A DNA stretch of 15,189 nucleotides from Candidatus Competibacterales bacterium (GCA_050330975.1 JBHJHK010000090.1:1-15189), one strand, 5' to 3'. Shown: positions 1 through 6,664, counted from the stretch's first letter. Numbers and translations: made by a program. Notes: generated from the letters alone by a model not told the origin.

Positions 1-1
1 T

Positions 2-208
2 GTCGACGCCCACTTCGCCGCCGCTGCCCTGGCAAGGCTCAACGGTCCCCAACGGCGGGTGATTTACCTCGGAGTGGTGGAGGGTTTGAGCCACCGAGAA
101 ATCGCCCAGTGCCTCCAGTTGCCCCTGGGCACTGTCAAGACCCACCTGCGGCGCGGTTTGCTGCAGATTCGCAACCTTCTTTGCAACGCGACCCAACGGC
201 GATCATGA
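2..208 (+). CDS. ECF-type (sigma-70 family) RNA polymerase sigma factor, C-terminal fragment (5' end outside window)
   Basis: Frame 2 translates to ...RVIYLGVVEGLSHREIAQCLQLPLGTVKTHLRRGLLQIRNLLCNATQRRS*, a textbook sigma-70 region 4.2 helix-turn-helix. Stop TGA 206-208 overlaps the next gene's ATG (ATGA). Confidence 0.75.
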   Translation, partial: VDAHFAAAALARLNGPQRRVIYLGVVEGLSHREIAQCLQLPLGTVKTHLRRGLLQIRNLLCNATQRRS

Positions 209-1098
209 ATACCGCTCGCCCCTCCGTCGATGCCGCGGCATTGACCCGTCTGCTCCAGCTCCAGGCCGATGGGGCCACCGAGGGCTTGGGGCCTGTAGAG
301 CAGGCCGAACTCGCCGAGCTCTTGGCGCGCTATCCCCAAGTGGATCCTCGGGGGTTGGACCGGGCCGCCGCCGCGGTGGATTTGGCCCACCTCGGCGGCG
401 AGGAGTCCTTGCCCCGGGATTTGGCGCTGCGCATCGCCGCTGCGGCGCCGCGGCATTTGCCCACTGCTCCCCCGGGCGCGGGCTCGGCCGTGGCCGGTCG
501 AGGTCTTGGGAGAGGACGCTTTCCCCGCCCCTCGAGGGGCGTTCCCTGGGCCCTGGCGGCGAGCCTTGGGGTGGCTGTGGTGGGCTTTTGGTTGCTGGGC
601 GTCTTGTGGTGGACCGCCCCCGGCGGTTTGGCGCCCCCGGCGGCTCCGTCACCCGCCACCGTGGTGGCGCGCTTTGAAGCGCGCCATCGAGACACCGTGG
701 CCGTCCCCCTGAGGGCTCCCCAGGAGCCCATGGGCCAACGGCCCGTGGGCGAGCTGCTGTGGAGTGCCAAGGCCCAGGGGGGGTATCTGCGCTTGACGGG
801 CCTTGGGGCCAACGATCCCCGCCGCAGTCAGTACCAGCTGTGGCTCGTCGACCGTCGCCGTCCGGGGCCTTACCCAGTGGATGGCGGGGTGTTCGACGTG
901 CCCGCTGGAATTCAAGAGACTCTAGTGGCCATTCGCCCCGCGTTGAGGGTCTTGGATCTCGCCGCCGTGGCCATTACCCGAGAACCCCCCGGCGGGGTGG
1001 TGGTATCTGAAGGTGCCCCCGTGGTGGCCACGGCCAATCTCCCGGCCAATTCCCACGACTCGCCAGACGATTTGCCACCTGGGAAAGAAAACAACTAG
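205..1098 (+). CDS. anti-sigma factor, RskA-like (N-terminal sigma-binding region, one TM helix, C-terminal anti-sigma-K RskA-type periplasmic domain)
   Basis: ATG 205 overlaps the sigma-factor stop (translational coupling). One hydrophobic TM segment, WALAASLGVAVVGFWLLGVLWW. C-terminal ...LWSAKAQGGYLRLTGLGANDPRRSQYQLWLVDRRRPGPYPVDGGVFDV... resembles the RskA C-terminal domain. The track ORF 109..1098 is an out-of-frame 5' extension into the sigma gene. Confidence 0.7.
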   Translation: MNTARPSVDAAALTRLLQLQADGATEGLGPVEQAELAELLARYPQVDPRGLDRAAAAVDLAHLGGEESLPRDLALRIAAAAPRHLPTAPPGAGSAVAGRGLGRGRFPRPSRGVPWALAASLGVAVVGFWLLGVLWWTAPGGLAPPAAPSPATVVARFEARHRDTVAVPLRAPQEPMGQRPVGELLWSAKAQGGYLRLTGLGANDPRRSQYQLWLVDRRRPGPYPVDGGVFDVPAGIQETLVAIRPALRVLDLAAVAITREPPGGVVVSEGAPVVATANLPANSHDSPDDLPPGKENN

Positions 1099-1122
1099 TG
1101 GGTGAAATTTTTGTGACAGTGC

Positions 1123-1150
1123 TTGTCAATAACGGCGAGCTGTTTATACT
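1123..1150 (+). promoter_or_regulatory. candidate sigma-70 promoter (TTGTCA - 16 bp - TATACT)
   Basis: -35-like TTGTCA at 1123-1128 and -10-like TATACT at 1145-1150 lie in the only AT-rich stretch (1099-1250) downstream of the anti-sigma gene. Predicted by eye only. Confidence 0.3.
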
Positions 1151-1369
1151 ACGCATCTAATTCGTGTTGAACACTTTATTGGCCATAGGTATCCGTCGTG
1201 GGTAAAGATTTGAACCAACACTATATATCTCTCCCAGCCCCCAAGGGCTGTCGTCGTGGGCGGTTGTGGCCCTCGGCTGTGAGACCTATGCCGGTCTTTG
1301 CCCAGTCCCGGGCCTTTTAGCGCCGACCTTCTCTCCAGGGGGGCGGCAGGTAGATCCCCCGTGCGATGA

Positions 1370-1413
1370 CGACATCCCCGGCGGGTCACCGACCCCCGGG
1401 GATGTCGCTTTTT
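1370..1413 (+). terminator. rho-independent terminator (12-bp GC-rich stem, 14-nt loop, CTTTTTG tail)
   Basis: cGACATCCCCGG (1370-1381) pairs perfectly with CCGGGGATGTCg (1396-1407) and is followed by CTTTTTG (1408-1414). No protein gene ends immediately upstream. Confidence 0.55.
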
Positions 1414-1612
1414 GAGGCGGCGACTGGGCTGCCTGGAATTTGCAGAATCCACCCTCTGCAAATGACCCTTTCTGGGGCAGTGGCAAAAGCCATTGCCGCC
1501 AACCGAGCAGGAAGGGGCGGAGAAAATCAGCGGTTCCGATTCTGAATATCGGACTGGCACAGGGGGGTTGCGTTCTCCTTTTGTGTACCGATCCTCGCGC
1601 CTTTTCGTGCCC

Positions 1613-1684
1613 TTGGATATAGCTCATCGGTAGAGCATTCGACTCATACTCGAAATGTGGCGGGTTCGATTCCCGTTATCCGAC
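1613..1684 (+). tRNA. tRNA with CAT anticodon (elongator Met, or Ile2 if lysidine-modified); CCA not encoded
   Basis: Manual cloverleaf: acceptor TTGGATA/TATCCGA (7 bp, one G-U), D-arm GCTC-ATCGGTA-GAGC, anticodon arm TTCGA-CTCATAC-TCGAA (U33, CAT at 34-36, A37), variable ATGTG, T-arm GCGGG-TTCGATT-CCCGT, discriminator C1684. The U1-A72 closing pair is unusual. Anticodon stem lacks the three G-C pairs of an initiator tRNA. Confidence 0.6.
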
Positions 1685-1985
1685 CATCTGAAAAATGGTA
1701 CTAACCTGTGGAGCTATTCCATCCGCTGGGCGTCGGTTAACGCCTAACCCGGGAGCCAGCTCCCGCGGTGGCCGTTGGGGGGGTGGGGCCAATGCCCCCG
1801 AGCCTCAGCGGTCGACCGCAGCGCCTGTGCCGCCTGCGCGGCGGTTGAGCGCCGGGGTCCAGCTCGAGACGAGGTGTCGTCCCGCTCCGGCAGGGGATGA
1901 TGGGCTCGCCCCGGTGCCCGACCCCGGTCCCAGCCGCCGCCCGCAGCGTCGGCGCGGGGCTGGCTCCCTCATTATTCGCTAGAGG

Positions 1986-3158
1986 ATGGCCGTCATGTTG
2001 GGCTTACAACGCTATGTTATCGCGCAGCACGAGCGCGCCTTTTTATACCGCAGTGGTCGCTTTGAGGCCGTGCTAACCCCGGGGGTCTACAGCTACCTCG
2101 ATCCCTTGGGACGGCTGACCGTCGAGCGCTTCGACCTCAACCGGCCCGCCTTCAGCGGCCACCGGTTGGAGGACTATTTTCTCCAGGAGCGGCCCGACCT
2201 GGTCGAGGCCCATTTCCAGGTGGTGGAGGTGGGGCCCGAGGCCGTGGGGCTGGTATACCACAACGAACGGTTGGTGAACTTGTTGCCGCCCCGCAGCCGT
2301 CAGCTGTTCTGGCGGGGGCCCACCCAGGTGCGGGTGGACACCACGCCTTTGGGGGGGGATCTTCGGGTGCCCAAGGACGTGGCGGTGCTGCTGCGGGACC
2401 CTCGCCATCCGTTCTTGCGCCAGGCCCTCGTCAACGCCGCCGTGTTTGCCGAGGTGGGCCAACACCAGGTGGGGCTACTCTTTGTGGACGGCGCCCTGCG
2501 GGAGACCTTGAGCCCTGGGGTATACGCCTTCTGGGGTTACCAAAACAGCGTCAAGGTGGAACTCATCGACGTGCGCCTCCAGCCCTTGGAGGTGTCGGGG
2601 CAGGAGATCCTCACCAAGGACAAGGTGTCGTTGCGGGTCAACTTGTCGGCCAGCTACCGGGTGGTGGACCCCGTGGTGGCCCGGGAGGGGGTGGCGAACT
2701 TCAAGGATTTTCTCTACCGAGAATTGCAGTTCGCCCTGCGCTGGGCGGTGGGCAACCGCACCCTAGAGGAGCTTTTGACCGACAAAGAGCGGGTGGACGC
2801 CGTGGTGAATGAAGCCGTGGTCCCCAAGGTCGCCGAGCACGGTTTGGAACTCAAGGGCGTCGGGATCAAAGATGTGATTTTGCCCGGGGAGATGCGCACC
2901 ATCTTCAACCAGGTGGTGGAGGCCGAGAAGGCGGCCCAAGCCAACGTCATCAAGCGTCGGGAGGAGACGGCGGCCACCCGTTCGCTCCTCAACACCGCCA
3001 AGTTGATGGAGGAAAACCCCTTGTTGCTGCGCCTCAAGGAGCTGGAGATGCTGGAAAAGGTCACCGACAAGGTGGAGAGCCTCACGGTGTTTGGCGGCTT
3101 GGAAGGGGTGCTGCAAGAGCTGGTGAAGATCCGCCCCAACACCGTGGCTGGGCGCTGA
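1986..3158 (+). CDS. SPFH/band-7 (stomatin/prohibitin/flotillin/HflKC-like, slipin-type) protein without N-terminal TM; N-terminal beta-module present three times
   Basis: 390-aa ORF with clean codon structure. The C-terminal 200 aa is typical SPFH (...KDKVSLRVNLSASYRVVDPVVAREGVANFKDF...KGVGIKDVILPGEMRTIFNQVVEAEKAAQANVIKRREETAATRSLLNTAKLMEENPLLLRLKELEMLEKV...). ATG 1995 (SD AGAGGA 1981-1986, 8-nt spacer) may be the real start rather than ATG 1986. Confidence 0.85.
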   Translation: MAVMLGLQRYVIAQHERAFLYRSGRFEAVLTPGVYSYLDPLGRLTVERFDLNRPAFSGHRLEDYFLQERPDLVEAHFQVVEVGPEAVGLVYHNERLVNLLPPRSRQLFWRGPTQVRVDTTPLGGDLRVPKDVAVLLRDPRHPFLRQALVNAAVFAEVGQHQVGLLFVDGALRETLSPGVYAFWGYQNSVKVELIDVRLQPLEVSGQEILTKDKVSLRVNLSASYRVVDPVVAREGVANFKDFLYRELQFALRWAVGNRTLEELLTDKERVDAVVNEAVVPKVAEHGLELKGVGIKDVILPGEMRTIFNQVVEAEKAAQANVIKRREETAATRSLLNTAKLMEENPLLLRLKELEMLEKVTDKVESLTVFGGLEGVLQELVKIRPNTVAGR

Positions 3159-3194
3159 TGGCGCTCTGAATTTTTGACAGCGGGAAATGCTTCA

Positions 3195-3227
3195 CCCGGG
3201 GCTTTAGGGATGAACCCCGGGTTTTTT
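3195..3227 (+). terminator. rho-independent terminator downstream of the SPFH gene
   Basis: CCCGGGG (3195-3201) pairs with CCCCGGG (3215-3221) around a 13-nt loop and is followed by TTTTTTGTG. It lies 37 nt after stop codon 3158. Confidence 0.55.
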
Positions 3228-3246
3228 GTGTCCGGCCCAAGGGAAC

Positions 3247-3423
3247 TCAGGCCCGGGAGGTTTCCTGGTGTGCTGTGGCGGCAAGGGTGGCTTTGATGCA
3301 TGCCGCCGTGGTGTCGATGGCCGCCAGCTTCAGAGCCAACCGCTGCCGCCGCGGCCGGGAGCAGACCAGCTTGGCCAGTAGTGCGCGGGCTCCCTGGGGG
3401 GTGGTGAGGTTGTAGGCATTCAT
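3247..3423 (-). CDS. small hypothetical protein (58 aa), divergent from the His-rich gene and with an operator copy in its upstream region
   Basis: Reverse strand reads MNAYNLTTPQGARALLAKLVCSRPRRQRLALKLAAIDTTAACIKATLAATAHQETSRA*. GGAGAG Shine-Dalgarno sits 5 nt upstream of the ATG at 3423-3421. The listed track ORF starts further upstream at a weaker start. No recognisable domain. Confidence 0.4.
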   Translation of the reverse strand: MNAYNLTTPQGARALLAKLVCSRPRRQRLALKLAAIDTTAACIKATLAATAHQETSRA

Positions 3424-3449
3424 GGCAGCTCTCCAAATTTGGGTTGGAT

Positions 3450-3482
3450 TTAGATCAATTCTAAAAATGAGAACGGTTCGCA
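3450..3482. promoter_or_regulatory. operator-like motif copy 1: TTAGAT-caa-TTCTAA-aaa-TGAGAA-cgg-TTCGCA (two adjacent 6-3-6 palindromes)
   Basis: Read directly. First palindrome matches the Irr ICE box TTTAGAA-N3-TTCTAAA. Second palindrome TGAGAA-N3-TTCKCA is loosely Fur 7-1-7-like. It lies 27 bp upstream of the - strand gene start. Confidence 0.55.
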
Positions 3483-3551
3483 AAAAATCATGGAAGCAGT
3501 ATAACCGTCTGTAACCTCAGTACAAGATCTCAGCGGGGATTGGGGGTGAAT

Positions 3552-3584
3552 TTAGAATGATTCTATTAATGAGAGTGATTTGCA
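3552..3584. promoter_or_regulatory. operator-like motif copy 2: TTAGAA-tga-TTCTAT-taa-TGAGAG-tga-TTTGCA
   Basis: Same 6-3-6-3-6-3-6 architecture as copy 1 (about 30/41 identities over the extended alignment). It lies 30 bp upstream of the His-rich gene start (3614). Confidence 0.55.
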
Positions 3585-3613
3585 TAACGCCTAGGGCTTG
3601 GGGTAGCTTTTAA

Positions 3614-4105
3614 ATGAAGCGTCTATCATCGTCCCCAACGGTCGATTCGCGGCGCCGAATCGCCTCCCTCGCCACTGATCCTTCCGAGAGTGCCCACTCA
3701 TCGGCGGAGGCCCACGGCGGCCCCCATAGCCACGGTCGGGGCCACGGTCAGGGCCACGGCCAAGACTATGACCACAGCTACAGCTACGGCTACGGCTACC
3801 TTCCCCAACCCATGGCCATGGGACCCTTGACCCGAGTCGGCGTCGCCGGGGCGTTGGTGGGGGCCAGCGCCAGTGCCGCCCGCCACATGCGCCAGGTCCA
3901 GGCCATGGAGATGTCCCCCGTGGAGGCTGCCTTACACACCGTGGGCGACGCCTTAAAGGTGGGCGTTGCCACCGCCGCTGCCAAGGTGGCCGTGGACACG
4001 GTGCGGGGTGGGCCGGCGTTGTCCACCATGGTGATGGTGGCGGCGAGTACCGCGGTGCTATTCGCCCTGGAGGGGCGCTCGACTCAGAGCAAGGGCGATG
4101 AGTAA
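3614..4105 (+). CDS. His/Gly/Tyr-rich putative metal-binding protein with C-terminal two-helix Ala/Gly/Val-rich region (MamC/Mms13-like pattern)
   Basis: 163 aa. N-terminal ...AHGGPHSHGRGHGQGHGQDYDHSYSYGYGY..., then RVGVAGALVGASASAARHMR...VEAALHTVGDALKVGVATAAAKVAVDTVRGG...MVMVAASTAVLFAL. Operator copy 2 is 30 bp upstream. Stop TAA 4103-4105 overlaps the next ATG. Confidence 0.6.
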   Translation: MKRLSSSPTVDSRRRIASLATDPSESAHSSAEAHGGPHSHGRGHGQGHGQDYDHSYSYGYGYLPQPMAMGPLTRVGVAGALVGASASAARHMRQVQAMEMSPVEAALHTVGDALKVGVATAAAKVAVDTVRGGPALSTMVMVAASTAVLFALEGRSTQSKGDE

Positions 4106-4301
4106 TTATTACTCTGGGTATTACCCGCCGCCGGGTTACGGGCCCGCGCCGAATGATCAACCCCCCCCGGGTTCGCCACCCCCCGGCGCCAACCCAGGTG
4201 CGCCACCCCCCGGCACGCCGGGGGTGCCCAACCGCACGGGGCGCTTTGTCACCGGCCTGGTGGTGGGGGTGGCCGCCGCCTACTTCCTCAGCAACGAGTA
4301 G
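4098..4301 (+). CDS. Pro/Gly/Tyr-rich small protein with C-terminal TM anchor (67 aa)
   Basis: MSNYYSGYYPPPGYGPAPNDQPPPGSPPPGANPGAPPPGTPGVPNRTGRFVTGLVVGVAAAYFLSNE. ATG 4098 overlaps the previous gene by 8 nt (translational coupling). Low complexity, so it could also be a frame artefact of the GC/CCC-rich DNA. Confidence 0.45.
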   Translation: MSNYYSGYYPPPGYGPAPNDQPPPGSPPPGANPGAPPPGTPGVPNRTGRFVTGLVVGVAAAYFLSNE

Positions 4302-4363
4302 GCGCAAAACAACCTCATCCGCACCGTGGTGAAGAAGACGAACCCGCCCCCGACGGCTTTAGC

Positions 4364-6172
4364 GTGGTGGGCCACGGTCTGTTGGCGTTGCTGACCCTGG
4401 CATTGCCCGGGAGTCTGCGGGCTTGGCTCACCTACGCCAACATCGCCCCAGTGGTATTCAAGGGGGTGGATACGCTGATTCACGAGGGCCTCAAGGTGGC
4501 GGTACTGGACGCCGTGGCCCTGAGCGTCACCGCCGGCCGGGGGGAGTTTTTCACCACCAACCTCACCAAGACCTTGCTGGTGACCGGGGAATACCTGGAA
4601 CACCACACCGCCCGGGAATCGGAGTCTTTGATCGTGGATTTGTTGGCCCCGGCGGCGGGCTCGGTGTGGGTGGAGCGCGAGGGCGAAGTGCGGTCGTGCC
4701 CCGCCCGGGAACTGGTGGTGGGGGACACGGTGTGGGTGGGGCCCGGGGAGACCATCGCCGTCGACGGCGAGATCCTCCACGGCGAAGCCCTGATCAACCA
4801 GGCCTCCATCACCGGTGAAGACGTGCCCGTGCGGCGTTTTACCGGGGAGCGGGTGCTGTCGGGCACCGTGGTGGAGGAGGGCAACGTGCGCCTTCGGGCC
4901 CTCCAGGTGGGGGAGGACACCACCACCGCCCGCATCAACCGCTTCTTGCTGGAGTCCCTCCAGAGCCGCTCCAACACCCAACAGGTGACCCAGGCCATGG
5001 CCGACCGCCGGGTGCTGATCACCCTGGGGGTGGGGAGCGGGGCCTTTGCCCTGACCCGGGATCCCCGGCGGGTGGCGGCGGTATTCCTGGTGGACTACGG
5101 CTGCGTCCTCAAGCTCTCCACCCCCATCAGCTTCAAGGGGGGCATGTACCGGGCGGCCCGCCACGGGGTGCTCCTCAAGGGGGCCAAGGCCATCGAAGAC
5201 CTGGCCACCGTGGACGCCGTGGCCTTCGACAAGACCGGTACCCTCACCCGGGGCGAACTGGACGTCACCCAGGTGATCAGCTTTGAGCCCACCCTCGACG
5301 GCGACGCCCTCCTGGCCCTGGCGGCCGCCCTGGAGGAACACGCCCGCCACCCCATCGCCAGCGCGCTAGTGGCCGCCGCCGCGGCCAGGGGCTTGGACCA
5401 TCCCCCCCACGGCGACGTGGAGCACCTGGTGGCCCGGGGGGTGCGCAGCACCTACCGCGGCCGCGGGGTATGGGTCGGCAGCCGCGCCTTTGTGGAGGGG
5501 GAGGGGGGGGTGGATTTCTCCCACCTCGACGACCGCATCCACGCCCTGGAAGCCGCCGGCCAGATGGTGTTGCACCTGGCGTGGGGCGACCGTCCCCTGG
5601 GGCTCATCGCCCTCAAAGACGAGCTGCGCCCCGAGGCCCGCCGCCTGCTGAACCGCCTGCGGCGCCAGGGCGTCCAGCGCTTGGTGTTGCTCACCGGCGA
5701 CCGCACCTCCAAGGCCGAGGCCCTGGGGGCTCGCCTGCCCCTGGACCAGGTCCACGGCGATTTGAGCCCCGAGGGCAAGGCGGCCATCATCCGCCGCCTC
5801 CAGGCCCGGGGGCGGCGGGTGGCCTTCGTCGGCGATGGGGTCAATGACGCCCCGGCCCTGACCACCGCCGACGTGGGTATCGCCATGCCCCGGGGCGCCG
5901 ATGTTGCCCGCCACATGGCCGATGTGGTCCTCACCGAGGACCATCTAGGGGGAGTCGCCGCCGCCCGCCAGGTGGCGGTGGATACCATGGGGCTGATCCA
6001 CGGCAACATTCGCTTCGCCGAGATCTTTAACTCCGGCGTCATGGCCGGTGCCGCCCTCGGCCTTTTGTCTCCCGTGGCCAGCGCCGTACTCCACAACGGC
6101 TCCACCCTGGCGGTGATGGCCCGCGCCGTGGCCAGCACCACCCGGCGGCCCTTGGAGCGCTTGGGCGGGTAG
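4364..6172 (+). CDS. atypical short P-type ATPase of the P1 (heavy-metal/KdpB-like) lineage; no N-terminal metal-binding domain; YGC in place of CPC
   Basis: Actuator TGE motif (SITGEDVPV), phosphorylation motif DKTGTLT, HP motif (EEHARHPIASALV) and hinge VGDGVNDAPAL are all present. The TM before DKTGT reads DYGCVLKLSTPISF where P1B pumps have CPCALGLATP. Only ~600 aa, ~2 TM before the A-domain. GTG 4364 is the first in-frame start after the upstream stop and has no clear SD. Confidence 0.8.
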   Translation: MVGHGLLALLTLALPGSLRAWLTYANIAPVVFKGVDTLIHEGLKVAVLDAVALSVTAGRGEFFTTNLTKTLLVTGEYLEHHTARESESLIVDLLAPAAGSVWVEREGEVRSCPARELVVGDTVWVGPGETIAVDGEILHGEALINQASITGEDVPVRRFTGERVLSGTVVEEGNVRLRALQVGEDTTTARINRFLLESLQSRSNTQQVTQAMADRRVLITLGVGSGAFALTRDPRRVAAVFLVDYGCVLKLSTPISFKGGMYRAARHGVLLKGAKAIEDLATVDAVAFDKTGTLTRGELDVTQVISFEPTLDGDALLALAAALEEHARHPIASALVAAAAARGLDHPPHGDVEHLVARGVRSTYRGRGVWVGSRAFVEGEGGVDFSHLDDRIHALEAAGQMVLHLAWGDRPLGLIALKDELRPEARRLLNRLRRQGVQRLVLLTGDRTSKAEALGARLPLDQVHGDLSPEGKAAIIRRLQARGRRVAFVGDGVNDAPALTTADVGIAMPRGADVARHMADVVLTEDHLGGVAAARQVAVDTMGLIHGNIRFAEIFNSGVMAGAALGLLSPVASAVLHNGSTLAVMARAVASTTRRPLERLGG

Positions 6173-6186
6173 AAAAAAGGTTGTTA

Positions 6187-6217
6187 TTAGAAAGCTTCTA
6201 AAAGAGAATGGTTCTCA
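6187..6217. promoter_or_regulatory. operator-like motif copy 3: TTAGAA-agc-TTCTAA-a-AGAGAA-tgg-TTCTCA
   Basis: Both palindromes are perfect or near-perfect; the middle spacer is 1 nt instead of 3. It lies 76 bp upstream of the HMA_2-like gene (6293), immediately after the ATPase stop. Confidence 0.55.
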
Positions 6218-6292
6218 ACAACTTTTGTCTTCTCGCCTTTGCGGTAGCTTCGGCGCTCTATTACCCCACTAAAACGTCCAGGAGAGTCCAGC

Positions 6293-6664
6293 ATGAAACC
6301 CTATGTTCACCACGTGCCCGGTCGTCTGCGCTTTAGTGCCCGCAGCTTGGTCCGTCGTCCCGCCGCCCTGGAGGCCCTGCGGGAAGCGTTGTACGAGTGC
6401 GAGGCCGTAGAGAGCGTACGCACCAATCCCCGGGCTGGCTCCATCACCGTGGAATACGACCCAAAAGGCACCACCCAGCGGGCGTTGCTAGATGTGATCC
6501 ACGCCGAGCAGGCGGCCATTGCCGGACCCGCACCCGCGGTGGGCGTCATCTCGCCAGCTGTCCAGCACAAGGCCGGCACGGTATTTGGCCAGGCGCTCTT
6601 TGGGGTAGTACTGGAAAAGACTCTTCAGCACTCGGTGACCTCTTTGGTGGCGGCGCTGCGCTGA
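6293..6664 (+). CDS. stand-alone HMA_2-like (cysteine-less heavy-metal-associated-like) domain protein
   Basis: MKPYVHHVPGRLRFSARSLVRRPAALEALREALYECEAVESVRTNPRAGSITVEYDP... The HHxPGRxRF...V(R/E)VNPxxGSxxxxYD pattern is the N-terminal domain found fused to some P-type ATPases. SD GGAGAG is 6 nt upstream of ATG 6293. Confidence 0.6.
   Translation: MKPYVHHVPGRLRFSARSLVRRPAALEALREALYECEAVESVRTNPRAGSITVEYDPKGTTQRALLDVIHAEQAAIAGPAPAVGVISPAVQHKAGTVFGQALFGVVLEKTLQHSVTSLVAALR

Noticed and set aside
109-204. Upstream extension of the anti-sigma ORF (track ORF 109..1098) and ORFs 64..456, 203..652, 330..812 on the - strand
   Set aside because: The extension is out of frame with, and overlaps, the clearly recognisable sigma-70 region 4. 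ATG 205 gives the canonical ATGA coupling.
1440-1560. Possible SRP (4.5S) RNA because of an AGCAGGAAGG-like string
   Set aside because: The flanking sequence does not match the conserved domain IV consensus (GGUCCGGAAGGAAGCAGCCAAGGCAG), and the hairpin geometry is different.
1286-1627. - strand ORFs 1144..1560 and 1286..1627, and a 63-codon + ORF starting inside the terminator hairpin
   Set aside because: They overlap the terminator and tRNA region, have no RBS, and give arbitrary composition.
1695-1982. 95-aa + ORF between the tRNA and the SPFH gene
   Set aside because: Pro/Arg/Gly-rich with no start context. It looks like chance in GC-rich intergenic DNA, though the 300-bp spacer itself is unexplained.
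4280-5350. 356-aa - strand ORF (and 4480..5022, 5095..5451, 5366..5944, 5452..6141 on the - strand) overlapping the ATPase gene
   Set aside because: Gly/Pro/His/Arg-rich low-complexity translations typical of antisense frames in high-GC coding DNA. The + strand frame carries unmistakable P-type ATPase motifs.
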